The position numbers and the translations under genes are program-made. From Mayamaea pseudoterrestris (taxonomy: Eukaryota), in the NCBI GenBank assembly GCA_027923505.1, contig BROI01000007.1:868001-932000 (forward strand): a DNA stretch of 64,000 nt, given 5' to 3'. The notes under the pieces were generated by a model. The model worked only from the letters and a program-made list of their open reading frames with translations, had not been told where the DNA came from and ran no database searches. Shown piece by piece: positions 45,120 through 55,970 of this stretch. Numbering within the stretch: position 1 is the stretch's first letter; each line of letters opens with the position of its first letter.

Positions 45120-47924
45120 TCACTCGTTTAAATAGACCTTCAAAGTACCGTCCCCGAGAACTTGAAATTTTTGAATTGTTAAAACATCAGCATCATCTCC
45201 ATTGTAAATATATTTGACGTCCTCAAGCGACTCATGGCCTGGCGGAAAGAAGGCGAGTGCAATTCGCTCTCCATTCCCTTCGCTGCCGGTGGGCATTGCT
45301 TGTGAAACGACATACGATCCAATCTTTATAGAGAAAGAGTTGACTGCCGACAGAACATTTTCATTAAATTGATACTGGCAAGAAATCTGCTGCAGTTTGG
45401 TGACGTACTCGACATGCTGCGATGTCACCAACTTTGATTCATTTGCAGGTTTGGACTCCATCCGAGACTTCAGCAGGAGGCGTGACTCGGTAGGAACAGT
45501 AAGAGGTACTATCTGTGCCTTCTCTGCGGCAGGAATGGCCGAAATGAATACGATCACAGCACTTAGAGCTTCCGAGCGTACTACGCCTTGTGTGCTTGAA
45601 AGCAGCTTGTGATATATGTCTGCGTATAAAGCCAGCGTTTCCAGCGACGCCTTCGTACAAATATATTGCGAGATATCTGCCAAGGTATGAATTGCATCAA
45701 CAAACAAAGGCATATACCTTGCATCATTGATCCTTGCACTATCTTCGCATACTCGACCCAAAAAGGTGCAAAGACAAATGAGCTCGGGAGTTTGGAATGA
45801 GCGATGAGAAGAACGGGCGTAAGCAAATACCATCTCAGCCAAGGTGACCAAGCGAGGGCAGATACCAAGAGGCGAGCGGGCTTTCCATAAATCAGATACA
45901 CTATCCATTAGGTCGGTGTTCCTTTGCTGGTGCATTCCACTCGATCGAAATGCCGCAACGGCAGTAGCAGCTTGAAGACAGGCACACGACAAGTTTCGTT
46001 TACCATGCAACTTGTGCGGCGACGGCAGGTCGCCTTTCAAATCCAGCTGGCCATCACACGCTGACACCACTCGACATATTAGATTCAGATCATTTGCCCG
46101 TGGCACAGATGTGTTGCAAGTTCTTTTGCGTTTCTTGCTCCTTCGAGGTTTTCGCAGTGTAGCCTCCAGCTGAGCAGTCTCGTCAAATATTAGCAGCGAC
46201 GTTTCATCCTTCAGCCTTTGATTTGAATCATCAAGAATCAAGACTAGCAAGCTAGCAACATTTGATCGAAGTGCAGTGCATACTCTGCCAGAAAATAGCA
46301 ACTTGACCAAGAGCGCCACAAACGAACTGTATGCAGAAGCATTCACTTGTGCCAGACTGAGCACATGTAACTTGAGTATGTCCGTTGCCGCTTCTTGAGC
46401 CAAAGGATGGATAGGATTATTGCTCGTAGGTAATAGAAAACTAACAAGGAATTGATGGAATCGTGCGAGCCCAGGGTCTGCGCCCCGAGCCAAACATGGT
46501 GCAAGGATTTCACATCTCAGCAACGTTTCCGATACAGCCGCCACAACAACATTTGGCAGGTCTGCGCAGGTTTCAGATGAAGAAGCAAAATATATAACTT
46601 CATGACAGAGCGGAAGGATTTTGAAAACAAGTTCTTGGCTGATGCGCAAGAGCGAATTTACATCACCGTCGGACAGCGCCTCCGCCATTTCGAGCTTTGG
46701 AAAGCCGCGCAAAACGTTTACCAACAAGTTCGCTTTTCCGACAATAAACGAGTTTTGCAACAGGCTTGCATGAGCGGATGCGACCGGCCATGACGGTGCT
46801 TTCGCCTGCAGCAAAAGTTCTAATCGAACTCGAGAAAAGACATAGGTACGCTCTTCGCCAGTGCTTGCATTCTTGTCCGTGACAAAGGCGGAAAGCATAT
46901 TCTCTGCCTTGCCCGACAGCTTTTGCAACGGCTTTAAGAAGGTAATCATGTCTGTAGATTGTCGCCTCAGTAGCGATCCAATGGCATGAGGAGCGCCAAC
47001 GATGGAAAGGAGTGCGGATACGATTGCAGTCGTAGAGTTACATAACGCCCCTCGGGAAAGGAACGATGCGATTCGTGTCAGCAGGAACAAAAGAATCCTC
47101 CAATTATTTTGTAACGTATTATCGACATTTAACGGCATGGCTTGTTCGTCTTGTCGAAGCAGTACCTCGCACGGATCAAAGACACTTGCAATTAGTCCTT
47201 CCTTTATATATTCTAAAAGAGCGTCCATTCCAAGGGTTGCTACTTGCTGCGGTATGAATTGCAGATTGTCGACAATGGTACATATTCCTTTCCAGAGAGG
47301 CGATAAGAAGAGTGGACGTGATCGAGTGAAGTGATTAAGCCGAATGAGAGTGTAGCATATGAAATGTATGAGAACATGTGCGTCGAAAGAGTCCGCCATG
47401 GCCTCGGCGAATGAGCTGTTTTCGTCATGGTCCGGTAGCGCTTGACGAGGATAAGCTTCGACAAGCGAGCAAGCCAGTCCAGTTAACCCTTGCATGACAT
47501 TCGAAATAGTAGTGACGAATTCCGAGTCGCTCAGCATGCACCGCGCATTTTCGCTTTCACTCGATTGCCGGCGCCAGTATTCGAACAAGAATTGTATGAA
47601 TCGATCTACCGTTGCAAGTTTTGAAATGTAATCCAAAGACGAGTTCAGTTTCGAGGTATCTGTAGCGTTCTTTGTACATTGGGTTTTACAAGTGTAAAGA
47701 AAGCTGAGCACGCTTGCTGACGAGAATTGTAGGTCCTGCGGAGAATCGAAACGAATGCTTTTCATAGTCTCCTCGACATTGGAACATGGGATCTCGTTTA
47801 TCAAAAGGCACTGTTGGAGCGATGGATTGCTAGTATGGTCAAAGTCTTGATGTAGAGCAGCAAGTAAAGGCGTCGGAGCAAACTCGCACTTCATCGTTGT
47901 GTTACAGTATCTGTCAATACACAA
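45120..47924 (-). CDS. Large alpha-helical (ARM/HEAT-like) hypothetical protein
   Basis: 934-aa Leu-rich uninterrupted ORF; family not confidently recognised. Confidence 0.7.
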   Translation of the reverse strand: MCIDRYCNTTMKCEFAPTPLLAALHQDFDHTSNPSLQQCLLINEIPCSNVEETMKSIRFDSPQDLQFSSASVLSFLYTCKTQCTKNATDTSKLNSSLDYISKLATVDRFIQFLFEYWRRQSSESENARCMLSDSEFVTTISNVMQGLTGLACSLVEAYPRQALPDHDENSSFAEAMADSFDAHVLIHFICYTLIRLNHFTRSRPLFLSPLWKGICTIVDNLQFIPQQVATLGMDALLEYIKEGLIASVFDPCEVLLRQDEQAMPLNVDNTLQNNWRILLFLLTRIASFLSRGALCNSTTAIVSALLSIVGAPHAIGSLLRRQSTDMITFLKPLQKLSGKAENMLSAFVTDKNASTGEERTYVFSRVRLELLLQAKAPSWPVASAHASLLQNSFIVGKANLLVNVLRGFPKLEMAEALSDGDVNSLLRISQELVFKILPLCHEVIYFASSSETCADLPNVVVAAVSETLLRCEILAPCLARGADPGLARFHQFLVSFLLPTSNNPIHPLAQEAATDILKLHVLSLAQVNASAYSSFVALLVKLLFSGRVCTALRSNVASLLVLILDDSNQRLKDETSLLIFDETAQLEATLRKPRRSKKRKRTCNTSVPRANDLNLICRVVSACDGQLDLKGDLPSPHKLHGKRNLSCACLQAATAVAAFRSSGMHQQRNTDLMDSVSDLWKARSPLGICPRLVTLAEMVFAYARSSHRSFQTPELICLCTFLGRVCEDSARINDARYMPLFVDAIHTLADISQYICTKASLETLALYADIYHKLLSSTQGVVRSEALSAVIVFISAIPAAEKAQIVPLTVPTESRLLLKSRMESKPANESKLVTSQHVEYVTKLQQISCQYQFNENVLSAVNSFSIKIGSYVVSQAMPTGSEGNGERIALAFFPPGHESLEDVKYIYNGDDADVLTIQKFQVLGDGTLKVYLNE

Positions 47925-48562
47925 AGCTCCAGACGATTGGGATGATAATTTTGCGCTGCAATGAATGAGGCTCTGGATGGCGTTCGAGATGAGGCCGACA
48001 AGCTACAAAGCATACTCGGAAACGAGAGTGGTCTTCTGCTTCTCTCGGCCAGCCAATGCCATGGTTGCTGCGTCCTTGTCGTCGGCGGCAAGCATAACCG
48101 GTACCGTTACGACGCGTTCCGAATGAGTGCCGGCAGGACGCTGAATTTGCCCGCGATGCGCGGGTCGGATCATTCTCATCGTCCAAGCAAATATGAACCT
48201 CCGCATCTGCTCTGCTCAATATCAACAGATTCTTCCCGTAAGTTGAAAGAGTAGATAGACTTTAGATGTAATGCACTGATGTCTGCGGGCAAATACTTCT
48301 TTCGTGAATTTGCGCCAGCGTCTTTGGTTCTATTATAAACAACATGAAGAATCACGCGAGTACGTATGGTGTTAAACGGAATTTTGGACGGTATGCTTAG
48401 CCATTTGCTTGTCCCGTCAAAAGCTTGAATCGTCAGACCGGCAGTAACCGTGCTACAGCTTTTGTAAGACGTTGAAACCGCAACTTGCACATTATAAAGC
48501 TGCGCTATGTTACGAGTACAGGTGAAAACATGTGGGGCCTTATCTTTTAAAGGCCAAAGTAT

Positions 48563-50779
48563 CTACATGACATATCTCCCGGAGTATCGCCGGTTGGATT
48601 GTTCAGCTTGCTGCTTGGCCCAGGCTAATCCAGCAGCTGCGCTAAGATCTGGCGGCATGGCGGTATTGCAGTCGTTTATCATGAACGGCTCCGCCTTTTC
48701 CTCGTCGAATGGACATTCGGCGGCTTCTGTATTCGTTTCTGGCTTGCCATAAGCGAAAAAGGACGAAATCGCTGTACTTGGAGCCGGAATAATGTGCTTG
48801 CTTCGGCTTCGTAACAAAACGAGACCACTGCCGAAAGGGCTCCTGCACTGATCATGTTGCTCGTTCGTGTCAAGTGTAAGGTCGCCGACAGTGGAGTAGT
48901 CACCTTCAGGTTCTGGGAATCTCTTTACATGAACAATTTGCGGTCTGCCCCCATGTCCTCGCACTGAGTGATGGTCGTTAACTGCCGTCTTGCACTTGAA
49001 CATGTTTTCAAAACTACCTTCCAGCATGCCAGGAAAGTTGGCCACATCCCTTGGCGAAACATCGGCTGAAGCTGCCAATGTCGAAGGTGAGGTCAGACCG
49101 GGCCCTGATAAAACGTTAGTCGAGACACCACTGGCAACATTGTCATTCCCTGATAAAACGTTAGTCGAGACACCACTGGCAACATTGTTATTTCCATTGC
49201 TCAATCGCTTTTTGTCGAGTCGCGCGACAGAATTGGCTTGGCTAAAATCATTTTGATGACTGCCATGACTTGTCAGAAGGGCCGAGTTGTTGACTTTTCG
49301 CTGGCTATGTTCTAGCATACCAGATCGCTCTTCAACCGAATAAGAGTTGAGTGATTCTTCGAGAGTGTCGTCCTCAAATGCACCGTCTCTTTTTGGTTTA
49401 CTGATAAGCGCCGACTCACTAGCAAGCTTCTCTTTTGCTAGTTGAGAAGAGGTTGCGGTTGCTTGTTCGGTTTTTGCGACTTGTTCAGGTAGATCCTGCA
49501 CACCAGGTTCTTTACCGGTAGCCGCACTACGTTGCGACATGATCGACCAGAACTCTTCGTGATCAGCCTGGTCTTCCCCGTCGCGAGATTTTAGCCAGTC
49601 TCGAACTTGGCTTAGTGCAAAACAGTCAGAGTGAGATGTTGACGGGTCAGTGTTGGAAGACCGAATTTTGGCTTTCGACCCATCTTCACTGGCGAAAGTG
49701 CGATCAACCATGCGATGTATTGTCCTGCACTCAGGAAGCGGAACTGAATCAAGAAAGTGTTCCACCTGCGCTCGCAGCGCACGCAATAGATCTTGGGATG
49801 CAGCTGTCCCATCCAACGTCTCGACCGTATTCTCAGCTGTCGAGCCTTCGTCATTCACGTCCATTGAGTCATCCGTATCCTCCGTTAGAAAGCTTTCATT
49901 GGGAATTACTACAGTAACAGGGACGACTTTGCTGAGATTTCCGGTGTCTGCATTGTTACTTGTGGCCACATTTTCTGCCTCAGAGATTCCACCTTGATCA
50001 ATGTTCGCTTCTTCGAGTTCAATCCTACGACCTTGCCCAAATCGATGATGAGAGACTTCGTCTAACGGATCGGGCCACGGAGCTTCGCGAGCTCGATCGG
50101 TTTTAACAACACACTTTCTTGCCGGATGCGGCGGGCTTGCGACTTGGCAAGCGTCCTCCATGGTCATTTGGACACGCAGAAGAGCATCAAGACTGTCAAT
50201 GCCATATGCCGATCTTGTAAAATCGTCTTTCTTTTCTTCATCCACACCTCTCCCTGTTTGCTGAAAGATCCCCAGGTTGACTTCAGCGACTGGGTACAAT
50301 GGAAGGTCGTACATTTTTGACTCCATCCCTGCACGTAGCGACAAATTGGCTGCAGCAATTGGCACTGGCGCCTGATCGTCCCATGCGACTCCCAGGTAGA
50401 GCTCAAAGTCTTTACTTGTCAATCTTGATGTAGCCGCCAGGTACGAGGCTCTACCTTCCTTCTTAGAAACTTCTTGGAGGTCAACCTTGAATGTGATAGT
50501 AGGTGGAATATCTGATTCTGTCCACAGAGCCAAGCATCGTTGGTGGCTTTTCTGAGATCCCTTGCTCTCCGACTGTCGGAGCAGACTCGACAGTGGCGTC
50601 ACTCCAAGCGTATCACCGTTTCGACTTAGAACAGCAACCACTCTCACTTCCTGTGGCGGAGGAGGTGAGTCGCTCCATTGAGTAACGTCGCGGCAAAGCT
50701 GTCGATCGACCGTAATGCCGGCGACACCAAGCGCCGACAAATGGATGCGAAATGTTTTACTAGAAGAAACGACAGCCAT
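48563..50779 (-). CDS. Hypothetical protein with beta-rich N-terminus and disordered C-terminus
   Basis: ~740-aa ORF containing a short tandem duplication near 49105-49187. Confidence 0.65.
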   Translation of the reverse strand: MAVVSSSKTFRIHLSALGVAGITVDRQLCRDVTQWSDSPPPPQEVRVVAVLSRNGDTLGVTPLSSLLRQSESKGSQKSHQRCLALWTESDIPPTITFKVDLQEVSKKEGRASYLAATSRLTSKDFELYLGVAWDDQAPVPIAAANLSLRAGMESKMYDLPLYPVAEVNLGIFQQTGRGVDEEKKDDFTRSAYGIDSLDALLRVQMTMEDACQVASPPHPARKCVVKTDRAREAPWPDPLDEVSHHRFGQGRRIELEEANIDQGGISEAENVATSNNADTGNLSKVVPVTVVIPNESFLTEDTDDSMDVNDEGSTAENTVETLDGTAASQDLLRALRAQVEHFLDSVPLPECRTIHRMVDRTFASEDGSKAKIRSSNTDPSTSHSDCFALSQVRDWLKSRDGEDQADHEEFWSIMSQRSAATGKEPGVQDLPEQVAKTEQATATSSQLAKEKLASESALISKPKRDGAFEDDTLEESLNSYSVEERSGMLEHSQRKVNNSALLTSHGSHQNDFSQANSVARLDKKRLSNGNNNVASGVSTNVLSGNDNVASGVSTNVLSGPGLTSPSTLAASADVSPRDVANFPGMLEGSFENMFKCKTAVNDHHSVRGHGGRPQIVHVKRFPEPEGDYSTVGDLTLDTNEQHDQCRSPFGSGLVLLRSRSKHIIPAPSTAISSFFAYGKPETNTEAAECPFDEEKAEPFMINDCNTAMPPDLSAAAGLAWAKQQAEQSNRRYSGRYVM

Positions 50780-51382
50780 TATCAAGTTCGTTGCTGCTAA
50801 GTGTCAGTTACAAGAGCCTTCTGAACGACGATCTTGCAATGTAAGTTGAGTCGGTGATGCGAGTCCATGGTTTTTCGTCCAAAGCACGCCTTGGGCGTTG
50901 CCGAATTTGTGAGTGGAGTCGTTTCGACAAAAGTTCGTACGTGAAGACCAGTACGAGTTCTACGACCGAAATATCTTTGCGAGCGCGCCGGGCAAACCTT
51001 GTCGTACCGGGCTCACTTTTTTACATCTCTCATCACTGATCCCGCTTTAAAGATTCGTTAGGTAGAACAACTGCATCCTAATATATTATCGAACCTTGTT
51101 TTGGACTTGCCATGCCTTTGCTTGCCATTGATAGAGGCTCTTGAGCCAAAAATAAGGTGCAAGCGTTTCACAAGATGAAAACCGCTGCGACCCTTGACAA
51201 GTGTCGCCGACGTCTTCAACAACCACGCAATTCTTTGTCGATTTATCATGCGGATGAGCAAGTACATTACATACAGTTTACCGGTACTTTAAAATATTAT
51301 TACCAGCCAGAACCCCTTGTATCTACACGTTCAATCCAAAAGACGCAGACGCAGACGCATCCTTATTCCAGTCGTGTCAAGC

Positions 51383-53677
51383 ATGGCCAAGAAGAAGAGC
51401 AAAAAGGCGGACGCCGACAAGAAGGCGACGCTTCAGATCAAAAAGGAAGCCAAGGCAGATAAAAAGGCTCAAAAGAGACTTCAAAAAGCTGCTGGAGATG
51501 GATTAGCTGCTAGCTTTGATGAAGCTGACAATGCTGGCGCGACGAAATTGTCTGCGCTCGACGCCTTGCTGCAGCAGTACAAGCAGCACGATCAAAAAGT
51601 TGTTGCAACGACGACCATCGAAACGATGGATGGATTTCCTCCTCCCCGATCCAACGCATCACTCACGCTGTATGAAGACACCAAGAAGAAGCATGCCGAA
51701 GTTTACATGTTTGGAGGCGAGTACTTTGATGGCGTGGAAAACTTGGTTCTCGATCACTTGCTGAAATATGATTTGCAAAAGCAAGAGTGGAAGCGCATTC
51801 TGACTCCAGTGACACCTCCGGCACGATGCGCACATTCATGCGTCTACTACAATCATGCGCTCTACGTATTTGGAGGAGAGCGCTGCGTTGCCGAAGAGTT
51901 TTACCATTACAAGGACTGCTGGAAGTTTGATATCCGTGCGCAAGCGTGGGAGGAAGTCAAGCCGAGTCGAGTTGGAACGTTGCCGACGGCGCGGTCGGGA
52001 CATGCGGCGGTGGTTTGGAAGCACTTTATGATTTGCTTTGGCGGCTTTTTCGAAGCGATGAAGGAGGCACCGCGATGGTTCAACGATGTGACTGTGTTGG
52101 ATTTGCAAACGCTGCAGTGGATGGACATTCCACACTCGAAGCTTACCATGCGACCAGAACCTCGATCGGCTTGCAACGTGGCCATTGTCGGTGACGACAA
52201 GATGATTGTACATGGAGGCTTCTCCAAACTCAGCAAGACAAGTTTAAAGCTGGCTTCTGTGACTGATGACACCGATCCAGCGACAACGGAAACCAAGGTG
52301 CATACAGATTCATGGATACTACATTTGAAGCCGTTGCTGCAAAGTAAACCTCCAACGTGGGAGCGACTGACAAGTTCTGTTGCAAAAACACAATTGGACC
52401 ACGCAAGGAACCCATGTGGTCGATCTGGAGCTGGATCAGTGGCATACAAGGAACGAATGCTTGTATATGGCGGTGTCGTGGATAAGGAGCAGTACGATTA
52501 CAAAATGGATAGCGTGTTTTACAATGACCTGAATGCATTTGACATAGTTCGCCGCAAATGGTTTCCTGTCAATGCAAGGCGATTAGTTGCAGGCCAAGAG
52601 AAACAACGGCGACGGAAGGATGCTGCCGGGGAAGGAGCATCTGCTGCTGCTGATGGTGAACAGCAGACAGGTGACAAGCACGCAGAAGCACCTGAAGACG
52701 ACAGTGACGGTGGTAATAGCGAACTTGAAGAGGACGAGGAAGAGAATGAAGGAAACCGCTCAATTGGTTGGGATGTGCAAAAGCTACGCTCAAACATGTT
52801 TGCGTTCATGGACGGTGAAGGTAATCTGGTGTATGAAAAGATTAACGAGAAGAATGTTGATGCAGCTGCATGTAGCGCAAGAGGCGAAGAAAAGTGGGGG
52901 CAAGAGGATGAAGATTCCGAAGAGCATGAAGAGACGAAAATGGATGATCCAGCGCAAAAGCAGGCATCGCGTGGTAGTAGTGCTACAGGCAAGTCCGTTG
53001 GTTTCCATACATTGACTGCGTCATCCATTATGGTTGTCAATCCAGATACTCGTGTTCCGGAGCCAGCGCAACAGATGGAGCCCTTGCCAAGGATCAAGCC
53101 TGCCATGTTTATATCCGGCAGTGTCTTGTACGTCTACGGAGGCTTGCTGGAGGTGGGTGATCGGGAAGTCACATTGGACGACTTTTGGTGTTTCGACCTT
53201 CGCAAGCGTGAACAATGGGTGTGTATCTTTGCGGGTAGTATGCACAAGCAAGTCTGGCGAGGTGCCGTGAATGATGATGAGGATAGCTACTATAGTGCCA
53301 GCAAGGGTGACGATGTCGAAGATGAGCTTGATGACGATTTGGACGAGTCTGACGACGAAAATGATGCAGTGTCTAACAATAGTGAAGACATGAGTGCCGA
53401 TGTGTACAAGAAGACCTTCATGGAGCTTGACAAGCAGTATGGTATTTCCGACAGCAGTCGCACGCCCCAAGCAAACGAGTCATTGGCTGAGTTTTACTCG
53501 CGGACCTCTGGCTACTGGAACGACCAAGTATCGCAAGCCGCTGCACCCGATGCTACCATGTCTACCAAGGAGTTGAAACGTGAGGGTTTCGCGTTGGCGC
53601 GGACGCGATTTGAGGAGCTTGAGCCAATTTGGTTGCGTTTGGGAAACTTGAAGCTTGACTCGAAACATGTGTCGTGA
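51383..53677 (+). CDS. KLHDC4: Kelch domain-containing protein 4-like
   Basis: PPPRSNASL, FGGEY, FYHYKDCW, ARSGH, YGGLLEVGDREVTLDD and C-terminal ESLAEFYSRT..YW...KELKREGF. Confidence 0.88.
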   Translation: MAKKKSKKADADKKATLQIKKEAKADKKAQKRLQKAAGDGLAASFDEADNAGATKLSALDALLQQYKQHDQKVVATTTIETMDGFPPPRSNASLTLYEDTKKKHAEVYMFGGEYFDGVENLVLDHLLKYDLQKQEWKRILTPVTPPARCAHSCVYYNHALYVFGGERCVAEEFYHYKDCWKFDIRAQAWEEVKPSRVGTLPTARSGHAAVVWKHFMICFGGFFEAMKEAPRWFNDVTVLDLQTLQWMDIPHSKLTMRPEPRSACNVAIVGDDKMIVHGGFSKLSKTSLKLASVTDDTDPATTETKVHTDSWILHLKPLLQSKPPTWERLTSSVAKTQLDHARNPCGRSGAGSVAYKERMLVYGGVVDKEQYDYKMDSVFYNDLNAFDIVRRKWFPVNARRLVAGQEKQRRRKDAAGEGASAAADGEQQTGDKHAEAPEDDSDGGNSELEEDEEENEGNRSIGWDVQKLRSNMFAFMDGEGNLVYEKINEKNVDAAACSARGEEKWGQEDEDSEEHEETKMDDPAQKQASRGSSATGKSVGFHTLTASSIMVVNPDTRVPEPAQQMEPLPRIKPAMFISGSVLYVYGGLLEVGDREVTLDDFWCFDLRKREQWVCIFAGSMHKQVWRGAVNDDEDSYYSASKGDDVEDELDDDLDESDDENDAVSNNSEDMSADVYKKTFMELDKQYGISDSSRTPQANESLAEFYSRTSGYWNDQVSQAAAPDATMSTKELKREGFALARTRFEELEPIWLRLGNLKLDSKHVS

Positions 53678-54691
53678 TCATGGCGGCATTATAGTGAGTT
53701 TTTCGCTTTTTGATTGTCTTACTTCAAGCAAAGACCATTAAAAAGCTCCAATGAACCACCACATGAGTGGCTTTATTATTGTTTGTATTTCAATCCTGCT
53801 GCTGTCGCTTGATGGTTGTTGCCTTAGCTGCCTCCTATCCAATGCCATTTATTTGAGATTTGGACAGCCTTGTGATAATTGAAACTTTGCGGCTTCATGC
53901 AGTATCCGTCACTCGAGACGCAACTAGGGATGGCATAATGCCGGAACTCAAATTAAGTGTCAATGTAGGTAAATATGCTTTCAGAGCAATGTAATGCGCC
54001 TTACGGTAGGCTATGGTCGTAGTAGTTGTGTGCGTCGCCGTTTGCTCAAGTTTGTTATTCGCGTCTCGGACCATCATTGATCCACACAACGACCATGCAC
54101 ACAATGGCAATTACTTCTGACAACATACAGTCTATTCCGCTCTCGTCCACTGCACTTCACCTTGGGGTCCTTGATGTCGGCAATCATTTCGAAATAATCC
54201 GACATTGATCCACCTTGTCGCATGACCCAGAAGAGCATGCGAGCTGGTACCTCCATTTTCCTACAATGCGTAATAGTGCTGACAGTGGCGCTAACGTTGA
54301 CAAGGGCACTTACGATATTTTGTTAGTCTTTGTCGTCGAGTATCCTCCGTCGACATTTAACTCAACGGATATGCCCCATCACAAAACTTGGATGCCCATG
54401 CAGTCATGATCAGTTCGCGTTCGTGATGAGAAGTCCATTCACTGAGCAGCGGGAAGATTGTAAAGAAAGTCACTCAATAAAAGATCCAGATGCAAAAACT
54501 ACCGGTACCGGTAGGTAGAAAGCAATATACAGTGGACAATTGGTAATGCTATGTGCAGCAACGATATCTACAGCCCAAGTGGCTCACCATCGCGGATAGT
54601 TGCTAGCCAAGGCACCTACTTGTACCGGTATTGCTTCCAAATGTTCAATGATTTGCGCCTGAGCAAGGACACTGGCATAGACTTGTCATTT

Positions 54692-55723
54692 TCACTCCGT
54701 TTTCGACAAACTCCATTGTCGTATGATTTCATACAGCATAATCGGAGCGCATGCCGCAACGTTGAGCGAATTCTTGACGCCAAACATGGGAATCTCCAAT
54801 ATTGCGTCAAATGACGGCATGAGTTCGGCGTTGACTCCCGTCACTTCGTTGCCCAGGACCAAACAAACGCCGGCGTGAGACGAAAAGTCGTAGTCTGTAT
54901 ACACTGTGGACTGCTCCGTCGTTTCCATTCCTATAATCGCATAGTCGGGTTTACTTTCGCGAACATAAGCAATCCCTCGTTTCGTCGTTTCAAAATGTAT
55001 CGAGTCGACGATAGCGTCTGCTCCGAGGGCCGTCTTGCGCAGCTTGTCGGCGCCGCTGCCGTTGGGGTGAGGCGTAATCCCGCACGTGACAACTTGGTCG
55101 AGACCGGCGGCATCGGCGGTGCGAAACAAGCTGCCAACGTTTTGGGCGCTTCGTAGATTATCGAGTAGTAGCATTAGCGGAAACTTGCTTGTTGAGCTAC
55201 TACTAGATGCGTCATCTGTAGGATCAGTAAGGTCGTGATGTCGCACCCATTCGGCTTGATGGGACTTGTGGCGAGCGAGCAGAAATTGGATTTGTAGTGA
55301 TGTACGTCGGGCAGCAGCTTGCAGCTTTGTCGAGTCCATTGTCAGTGCTGGATCACTTTTCGTTTTTGGATAGAGGAAAGCTCGATACGTCTTGATGGCG
55401 GACTTGCCGTACCTTCCGTCATATCCATTGGTCGGATTCGTCATGGATTGAATGGCGGCGTCATTGAGCTCATTGGCGTTAATATCTATCGACTCGAGAT
55501 TCGTGTGCAAAAGATCCCTTCGAATCGAAACATCTAGAGATGACTCTGTATAGCTTGATTGCATTCGTAGTCGCGAAAAGCTTAGTCTACTGAGTCTCGA
55601 ACATAAGTGTGATGCTTGACGCCGGTTCAGCTGATGTGAAAGTTGAAGCCCTGTCGCGAAAATGTGATGATTACGAAAAAATATCATACTGATCGACAGC
55701 CAAGTGTAAATAGTATTCTTCAT
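54692..55723 (-). CDS. SpoU/TrmH-family RNA 2'-O-methyltransferase, likely organellar
   Basis: LDNLRSAQNVGSLFRTADAAG, LVLGNEVTGV, IPMFGVKNSLNVA. Confidence 0.92.
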   Translation of the reverse strand: MKNTIYTWLSISMIFFRNHHIFATGLQLSHQLNRRQASHLCSRLSRLSFSRLRMQSSYTESSLDVSIRRDLLHTNLESIDINANELNDAAIQSMTNPTNGYDGRYGKSAIKTYRAFLYPKTKSDPALTMDSTKLQAAARRTSLQIQFLLARHKSHQAEWVRHHDLTDPTDDASSSSSTSKFPLMLLLDNLRSAQNVGSLFRTADAAGLDQVVTCGITPHPNGSGADKLRKTALGADAIVDSIHFETTKRGIAYVRESKPDYAIIGMETTEQSTVYTDYDFSSHAGVCLVLGNEVTGVNAELMPSFDAILEIPMFGVKNSLNVAACAPIMLYEIIRQWSLSKTE

Positions 55724-55970
55724 CTGTCTCTCCTCATAGCCTCGTTATAGCTCAACATATATCTCGTTTGTGGGCGAATCGACCGAGCCTTTCTCTTGGT
55801 CAAAATCGCTTCGATTCAAAATCTTGAGTACCGTTCGGATATCATGCAATGCCGATGCGACAATTGCGACTGACACATTCACGTCGTCATCGAACTGCCA
55901 TGAAGCAAAATCTGCGCCCATTGCAGTCAAGAGTATCCTCTAAACAAGCGTATACATTGATTTCTAGACA

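Noticed and set aside
49105..49187. 39-bp in-frame duplication (NVASGVSTNVLSG x2)
   Set aside because: Ordinary slippage in a disordered region
53700..54450. Possible decayed gene on the minus strand
   Set aside because: Only short interrupted frames with no recognisable family
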